Shown: positions 42,676 to 56,069 of the stretch, one piece after another
Layout of the letters: every line of letters begins with the position of its first letter
Numbering within the stretch: the first letter of the stretch is position 1
Assembly: GCA_014905635.1 (NCBI GenBank)
Contig: JABVCE010000005.1
Coordinates: 992,001 to 1,056,000, forward strand
Direction: 5' to 3'
Length of the DNA stretch: 64,000 nucleotides
From: Scenedesmus sp. PABB004
Taxonomy: Eukaryota
Translations under genes and position numbers: made by a program
Notes under the pieces: generated by a model
What the model saw: the letters and a program-made list of their open reading frames with translations, nothing else
The model's database searches: none
What the model was told of the DNA's origin: nothing

Positions 42676-44476
42676 CTACAGCTGGCGGAGGTGGGGGTAG
42701 TCGGTGATGATGTCCTCGCGCGTGTAGTAGTCGCCCGCGGCCTGCGGCGTCCACATGACCTCCACGCCGAGCACCTGGTCCGGCGGCACGCCCGCGAGCG
42801 CGCGCAGCGCGTCCTGCAGCGCCGCGACGCTGTCGATGCGGCGCGGCAGCTCCACGGGCACGCCCGTCGCGACGAGCAGGGTCACGACGACGAGCTCGTC
42901 CGGCGCGCCGCCGCCGGGCGGCGCGCGGCGCAGCGGCGCGGTGCGCGGCCCGCCGCCGGCCACGTTCACCAGGGTCTCCTGCTCAAACTTGGCGCGCTCC
43001 GCGACGCTCGCCGAGTTGAACGCCGCCTCGAGGCCGGCGACCGAGCGCGGCGCCTGCGTGCTGCCCGCGCCGTAGATGCAGTACGACGGGTTGCGCAGCA
43101 GCGAGAGCACCACCTCTGCGCGCGGCGCGGGGCACGCGTGAGCGGGCCGCGCGTGAGCGCGCGCGCGGCGGCGCGGCGTGCTGTGCGCGGGCGCCCGGAC
43201 GGCAGCTGGGGGCGCGGGGCCCGGCCGGCCGCGCTGTGGGGCGGCCCGGCGGGGGTCGCTGTCGGCACGAATACCATACCGCTGCTGCGGTGAACCGTGC
43301 GCAGCAGCGGTCTACTCGAGTGCCTCTGGCGGCCGGGCGGCTGGTCGCTGGCGGCGGGCGCCTGGCGGCTGGCGGCCGGCGGGCCCGCCCTGGCGGCGCG
43401 CACGCACCTTGCAGCAGGCGGTGGAGACCGCGCGATCCGGACGTGTCGGCACGGGCGGCGATCCTGTCCAGGTCGTCCTTCAGCTCGCGCGCGAGGCTCA
43501 CCAGGCCCACCTGCACGCGCGTGAGCTGCGGCCGGCTGCCTGCGCGGCGGCGGAGGGGCGGGGCGCGCGCGGCGCGGCGTGAGCGCGCGCGGCTGCGGCG
43601 GCGGCACGCGTGCGCGCGCGCGCGAGAGGCGCGCGCACGCGCGCGGCGCGCACCCGGCGCCAGGCCGTTGTCGTCGTCGTCGCCCCCGGCGCGCAGCGCG
43701 CCCGTCGCCGCGCTGGCGGCGACTGCCAGGAAGATGGACACGATCGCCAGGTCCACCAGGTCCGGCCCCGCCGCGACCGCCGTCGCCGCGGCGCCCGGCG
43801 CGACGAGCAGGCCGCCGGCGCCGTAGCCGCCGTAGCCGTACGTCACGGGCGGCGGCAGGAGCAGCGGCGCGCTCGGCGCGACGTAGACGCGCGGCGCGGG
43901 CGCGTAGGTCGACATGCCGCCGCCGCCGTAGCCGTAGCCGCTGCTGCTGCGGCCGCCGCCGCCGCCGCCCGAGTAGGCGCGGCTGCTCGTGGGCGGCGCG
44001 GAGAAGCCGCCCGCGCGGCCGGCGCTGCGCGCCGCGTGCGCGGCGTCGCAGCGGCCCAGGACCTGCGGGGGCGGGGCGGGGGCGCGCGGGGCGGGGCGTG
44101 GGCGCGGCGTGGGCGCGCGCGGGCGCCCGCATGGATGCGCGGCAGCAGCGGCAGCGACGCGCGGCGCGCGCGCGGGCCGTGCGCGCACCAGCGCGGCTGC
44201 GAGACCCAGCACGGCGGCCGCCTTGGCTGTGGACCGGACGGCGGCGACCAGGCGGTCGTGCAGAGCGGCCAGCGCCGCGAGGGGCGCCGGCGCGCGCCGC
44301 TGCTCGCCCGCCTGCGCCGCCGCCGCGATCGGCGCCTGCCGGCCCGCGCGCGCCGCGCTGGCCGTGATGCGGACGGGAACGCGCAGCGCCTGTGGCGGGC
44401 GCGCGGCGGCGCGGGGCCGCTGCGAGCGGGCCAGGCCGAGGCTGGCTGGCCCGCGGAGCGCGAGGGCCTGGTGCAT
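42676..44476 (-). CDS. DUF1517 / FLAP1-like chloroplast protein
   Basis: Transit-peptide-like N-terminus; AARSAGRAGG with Gly/Tyr-rich tract and TM; VQVGL, DLDRIAARADTS, SLLRNP, ERAKFEQETLVNV, VVTLLVA, VEVMWTPQ, DYPHL. Confidence 0.9.
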
Positions 44477-44909
44477 GGCTGCGTGTCTGTTGATGATTGA
44501 GGCTTGCGTGTCCGAGAAAACTGACCGCCGGACCGAGCGGGGCGCTGGCTAAATAGCGAGGTGTCAGCTGCTTCTGCGCCCTGCGCCCGAGCGGGGGCTT
44601 CCGCTCCACCTCCCCGCCCACCCAGCGCTCCCCCGCCCCACTCCGCGCCCTCTGGCGACGCTTGCAAGCCGTGGCAGGGCGCAGCGCGTCGCCACTGCTC
44701 ACCTCGCTGCTCGTGCAGCAGGCCCGGAAGCTTCCCCCGCGCGCCCGCCCGCCCGTGCCCTGCCCTCCAGCCGCCGCAGACCGGCAGCCCGCGCCCGGCG
44801 CAGCGGCAGCGGGCCGCCGCGCGCCGCCAGCAGCGGCGCCGCTGCAGCGGCAGCAGCAGCAGCGGCGCGCGCCGCTGCCGGCCCCGCACCTGCCCTGCCG
44901 AGCGCGGCG

Positions 44910-47075
44910 ATGGAGCAGTATGGCAACACGACCACGTTCAACCTGGAGAGCGTGCTGATGCAGAACATCGTGCGCGCCGACTTTTACAAGACCGACTGCG
45001 CCGCGCTGACGTCGTGGGCAGCGGTCGTGGACCAGATCTACTTCCAGGTCGACTATGTGGAGCCCTGGCTCGCCGGCAACGCGCGCGGGCCGTCGACCGC
45101 GTTCTGCCTGCTGCACCGCCTCTTCACGCTCAAGCCGACCGAGGAGGAGGTGCGCGAGACGATCGACCACGCCGACTCGCCCTACATCCGCGCGGTGCGC
45201 CGCGCGCCGCCGCGCCGGCCGCGCCCGCCGCCGCGCGGCCGGCCCCCGCCGTGCGCTACCGGCGCCCGGCCGCCGCCCGCTGCACGCCCGCGCCCGCGGC
45301 TCACGCGCCGCGGCTGCCGCAGGTGGGCTTCCTGTACCTGCGCTACGTGGCGGACCCGCGCAGCCTGTGGAGCTGGATGGGCCCGTACGTCGACGACAAG
45401 GAGGTGCGCACAACGCGGCGCACACAGCGCGGCAGTGCGCGCGCCGCGCAGCGCGGCGGCGCGGCGCGCCACGCAAGGCGCGGCAGCACGCGCTGCGCAG
45501 CCCGCGCCGCCGACGACGCGCCGCGCCGCGCCGCGCCGCGCCCGCGCGCAGGAGCTGCAGCCGAGCGGGCCCAACGGCCCCACCGTGACGATCGGCGACT
45601 TTGTGCGCGACCTGCTGCTCGAACAGGTGCGCCCTGCGCCCGGGGGCGGGGGGGGGGGGGCGGCAGGGCGGGCGGGCGGGCGCGGCGCCGGCCCGGCGGA
45701 CGTGGACGCGGCCGGCCGCGCCAGCGCGCGTGCAGGGCGCAGAGCGCGCCGCGGCGCCGCGCCGCCTGCGCCGCGCTGCGCGCCCTGCAGGTGAAAGGTC
45801 GGGCGCGGAGCGGCGCGCCCGCCTGCGCGCCCGCCTCGTCGCGCCCCCGCCCCGCCCGCCACCGGCGGCGGCGCCGCGCGGCACGCCAGTCAGTGGTGGG
45901 GACCCCTCGCCCCCGGGCGCCCGGGCGCGGCCACGCCCGCGCGCCGCGGCGCGCACGCGCCCGCGCGCCGCGCCCGTCGCTCACGCGCCGCCGCGCCCTC
46001 GCCGCCGCCCGTCCGCCCCTCGCCCCCTCGCCGCCGCGCGCCGCGCGCCGCTGCCGCGCCGCAGTACTACTTTGAGACAATCTTCCCCCGCATTCCCAAG
46101 CGGGTTGAGGACGAGATCCAGGCCGGCCTGCGCGCGCGCGGCCTGCCGACCAAGGGCGCCGGCAACGGCGGCGCGGGCGGGCCCGACCGCCGCGGCGGCG
46201 AGGCCGCCAATGCGCGCCCCGCGAGCGTCAAGGCCTCGCTCTCGGTCGCGTTTGGGCAGCGCGCGCCCAATCGCGCTGGCACCAAGGACCCGTCGCGCGC
46301 GGGCGGCAAGGCGCTCGAGGCGACGGGCGCCGGCGGTGGCGGCGGCGGCGGTGGCCGGGGCGACCGCGGCGGCGACCGCGTCGCGAGCCGCAGCCGCAGC
46401 GCGAGCCGCGACCGGCGGCACAACGGCGGCGCGGCCACGCCCGAGCGCGGCCACCAGCGCGGCGGCGGCGGTGGCCGCGGCGAGTACGGCCGCGAGCGCG
46501 AGCGCGAGCGCGTCTACGACAGCAGGTGCGCGCGGCGGCGGCGGCGCTGGGGGGAGGGCGCGCCGCGCGCCGGGGCCGGCGACCGAGCGCTGCCGCCGCC
46601 TCCGCCTCCGCCCCGCAGGCGCGGCTACGAGCGCGACCGTGGCTACGACAGCCGCGACCGCGACCGCGGCGCCGACCGCGACCGGGAGCGGGAGCGCGGC
46701 TACGACCGCGACCGGGACCGTGACCGGGAGCGGGAGCGCGGCTACGATCGCGACTGGGAGCGGGAGCGCGAGCGCGGCTACGACCGGGACCGCGAGCGGG
46801 AGCGGGAGCGCGCGCGCGGCGAGAGCCGCGGCTGGGGCGCTCGCAGCCGCAGCCGCAGCCGCAGCCGCGAGCGCAGCCGCGACCGGGGCGGCGGCGGCGG
46901 GCGCGACGCGCGCGACGTGTTCAAGGACCGGGCCTTCGCGCCCGGCGGCGCGCCCGGCGGCGACGTGCGCAGCCGCTACGGCGACGCGAGCGGGCGGCTG
47001 GAGCTGGGGCCCGACGCCGGGCGGCGGCCGGCGAGCGAGGTGTTCCGGCTCGGCGGGCGGAGCGGCGGCCGCTGA
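44910..47075 (+). CDS. PRP38: Pre-mRNA splicing factor PRP38 family (PRPF38B/SRL1-like) with RD/RE/RS tail
   Basis: GNTTTFNLESVLMQNI, VDQIYFQVDYVEPW, PSTAFCLL, DSPYIRA|VGFLYLRY, YYFETIFPRIP; (RD/RE)n and (RS)n C-terminus. Confidence 0.92.
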
Positions 47076-47268
47076 GCCCCGCGCCGTCGCCGCTGCCGCT
47101 TGTGACATTGCTTTTCTCCCGAGCGCCCAGGCGCCCCGCAGCGCGTGGCCGATCCGAGCGCGACACACGAGCGCACACGGGGCAGCAACTGCTGATCCCT
47201 GCTTGAGCAGGCGCTGCCTGATGCCCGCGGGTGCCGGCCGCCGGCTGTGAGGGCTTGGCGGAGAGGTC

Positions 47269-50200
47269 ATGGAGGACATGGACGGCGCACCGCCGCTGCT
47301 GGGCCTCGGGCACGACGCCCAGCTCGAGGATGGCCCGCAGCTGGAGGCCTCCCTGGACGAGCAGTTCGCGACGGTGCTCTACGCGCTCATGAACGACGAG
47401 ATCGGCGCCTCCTCCGCGATCACGGGCTTCGAGAAGGCCAGCGCGGGCATGATGCAGCAGTACCGGTGCGCGGCGACGCGCGCACCCGCTGCTGCCGCCG
47501 CGCGGCGGCGCCGGCGGCAGCGACGGCAGCAACGGCGGTAGCAGTGGTGGCGGCAGCGGCGGCAGCGGCGTCGGCAGCAGGCTGCAGCGCCGCAGCCGCG
47601 CCGGCGCAGCACGCCGCCGCGCGCCCACCGCCCGCCCCGCGCGCGCCGCCACGCGCCCCGCCCCTCTCCCGCGCAGCGAGGCGTCGTCGGCGCTGCTGCA
47701 TCGCGCCGCGCACTACCTGCACACGCGGCGGCTCGCGGCGGAGCTGGAGGGCCAGGCCGCGAGCTGGGCGCTGCTGGCGAGCCTGTACTGCTGCGGCGAC
47801 GCGCCCGCCGGCAGCGGCCTCGCGGGCGCGGCCGACGTGGGCGGGCAGCAGACGCTGCGCCAGCTCAGCGCCGAGGTCGTCAACGGTGACAGCATCATGC
47901 GCCGGTGAGCGCCGCCGCCGCCGGCCACGGCACGGCGCGGCGCCGGCCGCGCGCGCCGGCCGCCCACGCCGGCGCCGCCGCCGCGCGCTCTCGCAGGTGC
48001 GCGCAGGTGGTGTGCTGGCTCGAGTCGCTCGCGGCGCAGCGGCTGCAGGACGCGCCGGGCGCGCGCTTTGCGCTGCACGAGGGCCTCTGGCGCGAGACGC
48101 TGCTCACGACGGGCACCGGCACCGGCGCCGGCGGCGCGGCGGAGCTCGACCCTGACGCGCCCGGCCGAGGCAAGGTCAAGCTCGCGCTCGGCGACAGGCA
48201 GGGCGAGGAGCGGCTCGCGGCGCAGCTGTGGGCGCTCCTGCGCGCGGGTGGGTCGCGACGGGCGCCCGCACAGCGCCGCGCGGAGCGGCTGCTGCGCCGA
48301 GGCGGCGACGCGGCGCCCCGCTCGGCTCGCCGCGCCGCGGCTCAAGTGCCCGCCCGCGCGCGCAGGCAAGCTGCGCGAGGGGCGGCAGCTCTGCTGCCAG
48401 GCGGGGCAGGCCTGGCGCTGCCTGTCGCTCGCGGGCGGCGGCGAGTGGGGCCCGCTGCCCGTCGGCGCAGCCGCGCTGGAGGCGGCGGAGGGCCTGGACC
48501 AGCAGGCGCGGCCACGCGCGCTGCTGTGCCTGCCGGGGGGCACCACGCAGCGCTGTGAGCTGGCTGCGGCTCCTCACACGCAGCCCCTGCCCGCGCCGCG
48601 CAGGCCGCGGCGGAGGAGCTTGCGTGGCAGGTGGAGGGCGGGCTGGCGGCCTCGCGCGTCGCCTGGAAGTGGGCCTGCTTTGCAGCCGCAGAGGCGGCCG
48701 CCACCGCCACGCCAGGTGGGGCGGGCGGGCGCACGCGTGCAGGCCGGCGCCGCGCCGGCAGGCCGGCGGCAGCGGCGCTGAGACGCGCGGTCCGGCGCCG
48801 CCCGCAGGCAACCGCTGGGAGGCGGCGGTCTATGCCGCGCTGTGCGGCCACGTCGCGCGCATGCTGCCCGTGTGCGCCAGCTGGGAGGACGAGGCCTGGG
48901 CCTACTGCAGGTGCGCCGCGCCCGGCCGCCGCCGCTGCACGCAGGGCCGGCTGCCCGCGCAGCCCGCTGCCGCCGCACCCGGGGCGTCCTGCGGGGCCGG
49001 CCGCGCTGACGGTGGAGCTGCCGCCGCCGCCGCCGCCGTCGCCGCAGGGCGTGGCTGGACCTTCAGACGGACGCCATGCTGAGCGAGGACGTGGAGCAGG
49101 GCGTGCCAGGCGCGCACGAGGCGCTTTTTGGCGGCAGCGAGGAGGACATGGTGTGGCGCGGCGGGCCTGCCGCGCTGGGCAGCGGTTGCGGCCGCGCGGG
49201 TCCCCCCCCCCACACCCCCACCAACCCGCCACGCCCGGCGCCGCGCAGGTGTCGCCCGAGCTGCTCGCGGGCGCGGTGGCGCAGGCGGCGCGCAGCGGCT
49301 ACAGCGCCGCCACCGACGCGGCCGCGCTGCGCGAGGGCCTCGCCGCGGTCGCCGGCGCCTGGCCGCTGCAGCGGTGCGCGGCCGCCGCCGCCCGCCGCCT
49401 GGCGCCGCACGCTCGCTGCGCCGCGCTGCGCCGACGCGACGCGCCGCGCCGCGCCGGCAGCGCCGCCCGCGCCACTGCCTGCCGCCCGCGCCGCCGCCGC
49501 CACCGCCGCGCGTGCGCAGGCTGCTGGGCGAGGGCGACCGGCTGCACGTGCCGCGCAACTTTGACGACCTTCTCTCGCTGCTCACAAACAGCGCCAACGC
49601 GGCGGTGCGCGCCGACGCGCGCGGGCAGCAGCGGGGGCTGCAGCTTCTGCTCATGGCGGAGGACTGGCAGGGCCTCGCGCTGCAGCTTGCCGAGGCGGCC
49701 GTCGGCGCGGCGGAGCAGCTCGACGCGGCGGCCGGCGCCGGTGCCGGCGACGGCGAGGGCGGCGACGCGGAGATGCTGCACGAGGGCGGCGCCGACGAGG
49801 GCGCGCGCATGTCGGCCGAGTCGGCGGCGAGCGTGCTGCGCTTTGCCGCGCACTGGGCGCTGTGCCTGCGCGCGCTGGGGCTGCTGCCGGACCACACGTG
49901 GCTCGCGGACGAGGCGGAGGAGGCCGACGTCGCGAGGTGGGGCCGCCGCCGCGCGCGGGGGCTTGACGCTCTGCTCACGCCGCACGCACCACGCGTCCTG
50001 CCCCGCACGCGCCGCGCACACCGCCGCCGCCGCCGCCGCCGCCGCCGCGCGCAGGCTGCAGACGATGCTGGGCCGCGTGGTGCATGCGTACGCGCGGCAC
50101 CTCACGCGCACGCCCTCCACGCTGCGCCTGGCGCCGCTCTACCTCTGCCACCTGCGCCTCGGGCTGCGCGAGAGCCTGGCCGGCGAGCTGCTCGCGGCGG

Positions 50201-52153
50201 CGACCGATTGCGGCGACGACGACGCGTGCCAGGCGCTGTACGTGCAGCTCGCGACCACCACCGCGGCGTGGGCCGCGCGGCAGGAGCGGCTCGCGGACCT
50301 GGTGCTGAGCGGTGCGCGGCAGCCGGGGCCGTACTGGGAGGCGGAGGCCGGCGGCGACGACGGGGAGGAGGGCGGCGACGACGGGCCGCAGCCCAGCAGC
50401 TGCCTGTTTGGCGACCTCAGGTGCGCCGCACGGCGGCGGCGGCGGCGGCGGGGACGGCCGCGCGCGCCGCCGAGGCTCACGCAGCGACCGCCCGCACCGC
50501 CCCGCCCCGCCCCGTTCCCCGACCCGGCGCGGCAGGCCGGAGGAGCTGCGCCTGCTGCTGCAGCACCTCACGGCCCGCGCGTTTGCCAGCAGCGCCGAGT
50601 CGCCGCTGTCGCGCTGCCGGCAGCTGCGCTGGCAGTTTTACGCCTTCACCTCGGCGCTCGCCGAGGCGCAGGCGCCCGCGGCGCCCGGCGCGGGCGGCGA
50701 CGAGCCCGGCGGCGTGCTCTCGCGCCTCGGCTGGCAGCCCAACTGGGGCGACGCGCTGGCCGGCGCGGTCGCGCTTGCGAGCGAGCTCGCGCTCAACCCG
50801 CGGCTCGGCAGCGCGGGCCTCGCGGCGCTGCTGGGGCAGGTGGTGCCGCCGGAGTTCCTGGAGGCCGCCGGCGCGGCGCTCGGGCGCGGCGCGCTGCCGC
50901 GGGACGACCCGCCTGCCGCGCTGTGCGTGTCGCGGCAGCTCCTCGCGCTCAGCTTCTGGGCGCGCTACGCCGAGCTCGACGCGCGGTACGCCGCGTGGCG
51001 CGACGACTGGGCGGCCGCGCTGTGCGGCGCGTCCGGCGCGGCGGGCGTCGCCGCGGCCGCGGAGCAGGGCGGCGCGCTCGTCGCCGCGCTGCTGGGGCTC
51101 GCGCGCGAGGACGCGCTGCGCCTGCCCGCGCCGCCGGGGCTGGCCGCGCTGCTGGCGGGCGGCGGCGGCGACGGCGGCACCGGCGTGCAGGACGGCGAGT
51201 GGCTGTGCCTGCCCAAGCACGACGACGCCGCGGACACGCCCACGGAGCTGGTCCTCGCGCTCAGCGTCGCGCGCGGCCACGGCGGCGACGGCGAGGCGGC
51301 CGGCGCGGACGACCCCGACCAGCCGTTTCTGCAGCTCAACGTGCGGCGGCGGCGCGGCGGGGCGGGCCGGGGCACGCAGGGCGCTGCTGCTGCGGTGCAG
51401 GCGGCGCGCGCTCCCTCCCGCGGCGCGCCGACCCCCACCCCTCCCGCACCCTCCTCCCACCCTGCCGCCGCCCCGCAGGAGCGCGACGCCGCGCGCCTGG
51501 CGCAGCAGGTGTCGGCGTTCCTGGCCGCCGCCGCGCCGGGCGCGCCCGACGTGCGCGCGGAGGTGTCGCCGGCGGAGCCCGGGTCGGACGCCGGGGGCTG
51601 CGTGCTCGTGCGGCTCGCGTCGTTCGGCGGCGCCGCGGAGCCCGACGCGCCCGACGCGGAGCACGCGCGCCTCGGCCGCCGCATGACCGCGGCCTGGGCT
51701 GACATGGCCTCGCTCGCGGCGCGCCTGCTCAGCGCCGGCGGCCGCGGCGGCGCCGGCGACGATGGCGGCCTGCCGCGGCTCTCGCTCGTCAGCCTCGGCG
51801 CCAGCCTGTCCACGCGCCTCGCGCTCTGCCGGCACCGCACCACGAGCAAGCTGCTGCGGCGGAGCGCCAAGGTGCGCGCGCAGGCGGCGCCGACGCGGTG
51901 GGGCTGCGGCTGCTGCACGCGCGGCGCGCTTGACGGCGGCGGCCGCCGCGCGGCGCAGGTGCTGCTGGAGCTCGCGCGCGCGGGCCACCCGTCGCCGCAG
52001 CTCGACCGCCTCGTGCTCGCCGCCGGCGACGCCGCGGGGCGCGACGGCCCCGGCCTGCTCGCGCTGCTGTCGCCGGGCGACGCGGGCAAGCTGCTGGCGC
52101 GCCTGGAGCTGGCGATGGAGGAGGGCGGGCTGCTCGAGGAGGCGGCGGCCTGA
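47269..52153 (+). CDS. NUP107: Nuclear pore complex protein Nup107/Nup84
   Basis: SWALLASLY, VVCWLE, ELDPDAP, LWALLRA|GKLREGRQLCCQAGQAWRCLSLAG, WKWAC, EAAVYAALCG...CASWED, LRFAAH. Confidence 0.88.
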
Positions 52154-52382
52154 CGCCGCGGCCGGCTGTAACGCCGCGGTTTGGGGCGCAGCCCCCCTGC
52201 CTTCGCCCTCCACACCGGTGTTCCCTGCCCCCCCCCCCCCCCCCCCCCCGCCCCCTCCGCACCCACCAGACGCGGCCGCGCGCCGCCGCCCGCCCCGAGC
52301 GCCGCGCGACAGCGGCGCTGCGCCGCGCGCGCGGCCCCGGCGCGGCTGCCTCGTGCGCCCGGCCGTCGCGCGACCAGATCCC

Positions 52383-55300
52383 ATGGCGTCGCAGCCCCGC
52401 GGCGGCCGCCCGGCGCCCGGCAGGACCGGCGAGGTGCGCCGCCCGCGGCTGCTGCTGCTGCTGCTGCTGCGCACCGCTGCCGACGCCGCTGCGCGTGTCC
52501 AAGACGCGGCGCCGTTTCCTGCTGCTGACAGCGGCCGTGCGGGGCCCGCGCTCACGCCGCCGCCGCCGCCGCCGCGCCGCTGCTCGCGCCGCGCAGGCGG
52601 GTGACGCGCCGGCGGTGCCCAGCAGCGCGGTGGCGGCGCTCGCGCAGCCCGAGCTACTGTCCCAGGTCCTGTATGAGCTCCAGCTCACACCCCGCCTGCG
52701 CGATGCGGCGCTCGTGTCGCGTGCGTGGCGCGCCGCCGCCGCCGCGGGCACCGACTGCATCGTCACCGACCTGTACAGGGAAGACGCTTCGCCAGTCGGC
52801 CAGCCCCAGGACCAGGCGCAGCCCAGGTGGTTCCAGGGCACGATCGTGAGCGCGCTGTTCCAGGGCAGGCGGCAGCCGGGCGTGCTCGCTGTGTTGTCAC
52901 ACGCTGTCACACGCTGTGATTGTAATTACAATCGCTGTTTCCAATGCTCAGCGCCTTTCACTCGAGCGCGGCGGTGTTCACGTAAAACATGAGGTAGCCA
53001 TTCGCCTCGGCGGCCGAGGCGACCGTCCCCAGGTCGGTCTCCCTCGTGCAGTTGTCATCGTGGTGCACCCACGGCGCGCCGGCACCGGCGCCGACGGCGG
53101 CGTCGCTCACGTAGTGCCCGTTGAACGCGAGCCGGCCCTCGTGCCGCACCACGGCACGCAGGCGGTACATGGCGGCGAGCTCCTGCGCCGAGCCGCCCGC
53201 GACCGCCGCCGCCGGCGCCGCCGCGGGCGCAGGGCGCTTGGCGGGCGGCTCGCCAGGCGCGCGCGGCGCGCCGCCGCGGTTGCCGGCCGCCGCCGCGGGG
53301 TCGACCAGGGGCTCGCCCACGGGAGAAGCTGCTGTGGTGCTGTGGCCCGTGGAGCCCCTGCCAGGGGCTCCTGCCCACCGGCAGAGCTGCTGGCCGCCTG
53401 GCTGGCGCGCCCGCCCGCGGGCTCCGGCCTGAAGTGGCTGCACCTGTACTCGCGCCACCCGGCGGGCGCGCCGGCGACGCACCTGCGGCTTCCCTGGCCG
53501 CACCTGACAAAGCTGGCGGCGCTGTGCTTGATCAGGCTTCACCTGACAGACAGCGGCCCGCCGCCGCCGACCAGCCCCACTGCCAGCGCGGCGGCAGAGG
53601 CAGAGGGCAACGGCGTCGGCGCGGGCGCGGACGCAGCAGCAGGTCTGGCGGGCCTGTCTGCGCTGTCGGGCCTGCAGGACCTGCGGCTGATGGACTGCAC
53701 GGTCGAGCCGGCCGGCGTGAGCGACCTGGCGGCAGCGCTCGCGCACCTCACCAGTCTTCACAGCCTGCACCTGGACCTGGGCGTGGCAGAGGGCAGCGCC
53801 CACGGCAGCGGCAGCAAAGCAGCACGTGCGCCGCCTGCAGGCGAGGCGGCCGCGCCGGCTGCGGCGCTGGTCGCCGCGCTGGCAGGCCTGACGCGGCTGC
53901 GGCGACTGCGGCTGCTGCCTCGCTGGCCCGGCTGGAGCAGCGACCACGCCAGCGCCGCGGTCGGCAGCCTGACGGCTCTTGAGAGCCTGTCGCTGCGCTT
54001 CTGCCGCCTCCAGCCGAGCCACCTGGCGGCGCTGTCTGGGGAGCTGACATCGCTGGAGCTGGGAGAGCAGCCCGGCCCGTCGAGCGCAGCGCTGGTCCTG
54101 AGCCCCGCCGCCACGCCGCGGCTGGCTCAGCTGCGCTGGCTGCTGCGCCTGCGCCTGCACAGCGTGACCATCAACCCAAACGTGCTGACCAGCTTGACCC
54201 AGCTGTGCAATCTTGCCCTGCACCACGTCAAGGTGGCCCTGCCGCCCGGCGCGGGCCAGGCGCCGCCCGGCGCGGGCCAGGCGCTGCCGCCCGGCGAGGG
54301 GCCGCCGGCAGGGCCACCAGCTCTCTCAAACGGGGACCGGCGGCGCGACGCGGCCACGGTTGCGCTGCTGGCGGCGGTGGGCGAGATGCAGGAGCTGGCG
54401 GAGCTGGACCTGATGGGCAGCTTGCCCCACCGGCTGCGCGACCCGGAGCTCGCTCGCCACTACACGGCTCTGACCGCTTCCAGCGATCTGGTCATCCTCA
54501 ACCTGTGGGACTGCAGCCTCTCGTCGGGTACGGGCGCGGCGATGTTTGGCGGCGGCCGGTCCCTGCCCGAGCTGCGCAGCCTGCTCCTGGGCGTGTCTCT
54601 GGCCACGCTCGACGGCAAGCTGCCGCGCAACGACGACTCGTCGGACGGCAGCGACAGTGACGACACCGATTACCATGACGACTGGAGCGACGACGAGGAC
54701 GAGCTGGTGTCTGGCTGCTACCACACGACCAGTGACCCCTGCCGCTGCTGCTCCGGCGTGAGCGCGCCGCCCGACCCCTGGGACTACCGCAGCGGCGAGC
54801 CTTGGCCCGCGCCGCTGGGCCGCGGCGACCTTGCGGCCCTGGCGGCGACCTGCCCCAAGCTGGTGCGGCGCGGCGCCTTTGTGCAGCGCGCGCTGCCGCA
54901 CACAGCGCCACACCGCCGCGCCGCCGCCTGACGCCGCCGGCCGCCCGTTCTGCTGCCGCCCGCACACAGAACGCGCTCCAGCTCACTGGTGCGCTGACGT
55001 CCAAGGCCCAGTGGCGTGAGCTGTCGTCGCTCACCGCACTCACCCGCCTCACGTACCTGGTGGTCGGCGACTATGGGGCCCACGAGCCGGACATGTTTGG
55101 GGACGGCTCGTCCGACGACGAGGGCCAGTGCTCGGACGGCTACCCGCGCCCCATCCGCGACCGCACGGCGGAGCACATCGCCCTGCTCACGCGGCTGCGC
55201 TCGCTGGTGCTGTTCCATGCGGAGCCGCTCGGTGGAGCGCAGCTGCTGTGCCTGACGACGCTGGTCAAGCTGCGGCGGCTGTTTGTGCAGGGCTGCGGCG

Positions 55301-56069
55301 TCAACCGTGACCTGCACCAGCATCTGGCGGGGATCTACGACGCGGAGCGCCAGGGCGGCTATGAGCGGCACCGGCCGCCGTGTGCGCTGATGCAGGTCTG
55401 GAAGGCGCAGCGGGCCAAGCAGGGCGGCAAGCGCTCTCTGCGCGACGAAGGCCTGTTTGTGTACCGTGTGGCCAAGGTGGGGCGTGCGGGGCCTGGGAGC
55501 AGGCCTGGTGCTGCGGCGTCAGCCGCAGCAGCGCGCGCGCGCGCTTGGCCGCGCCACCGCAGCCCTCACGCGCGCCTGCTGCGCTGCCGGCCAGGCGGAC
55601 GAGTCGAGCGTGTGGCCGCGCCCGCTGGGCGAGCTGCACGAGCTGTTCATTGAGAGCGTGGAGGCCTCCGAGGGCGACATGCGCTCGCACAAGCTGGACG
55701 GTTACATCGAGGGCGCGCTGCCGTACGCGTCCGGCTGGCTCAGCAACTGGGCGCGCGGCCTGCCGGCGGCGCTGCGCGCGCAGCTGGCAGGTGCGGCGGC
55801 AGGGGTGTCAGAGACTGGCGGCGGGCGATGGCACTGGCTGCGGAACGCTGACGGGCCGTCGGGTGCTGCCGCCGTCGCCTGCAGGTGCCGAGGCGCGCGC
55901 GGCCGAGGCGGAGGGGCGCGCGGCGGCGCTGAGCGCAGCTGAGGCGCGCGCTGCTGCTGCGGAGGCGGCGCTGGGCGCGGCAGAGGCGCGCGCCGCGGCG
56001 GCAGAGACGCGCGCCGCGGCGGCAGAGGCGGCGCTGGCGGCGAGGTCGGCGGCGCCGGCGGGGCCGTGA
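52383..56069 (+). CDS. F-box-like/LRR-like protein with Ala-rich coiled-coil tail (exon structure tentative)
   Basis: PELLSQVLYELQLTPRLRDAALVSRAWRAAA (F-box-like); degenerate LRRs (LSALSGLQDLRL, LTSLHSLHL, LTALTRLTYL); AEARAAAAE repeats. Confidence 0.6.
52958..53335 (-). pseudogene. Orphan C-terminal fragment of a ubiquitin-specific protease (peptidase C19 His-box)
   Basis: YRLRAVVRHEGRLAFNGHYVSD...WVHHDD...NGYLMFYV then stop; no Cys-box exon found in the window. Confidence 0.7.
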
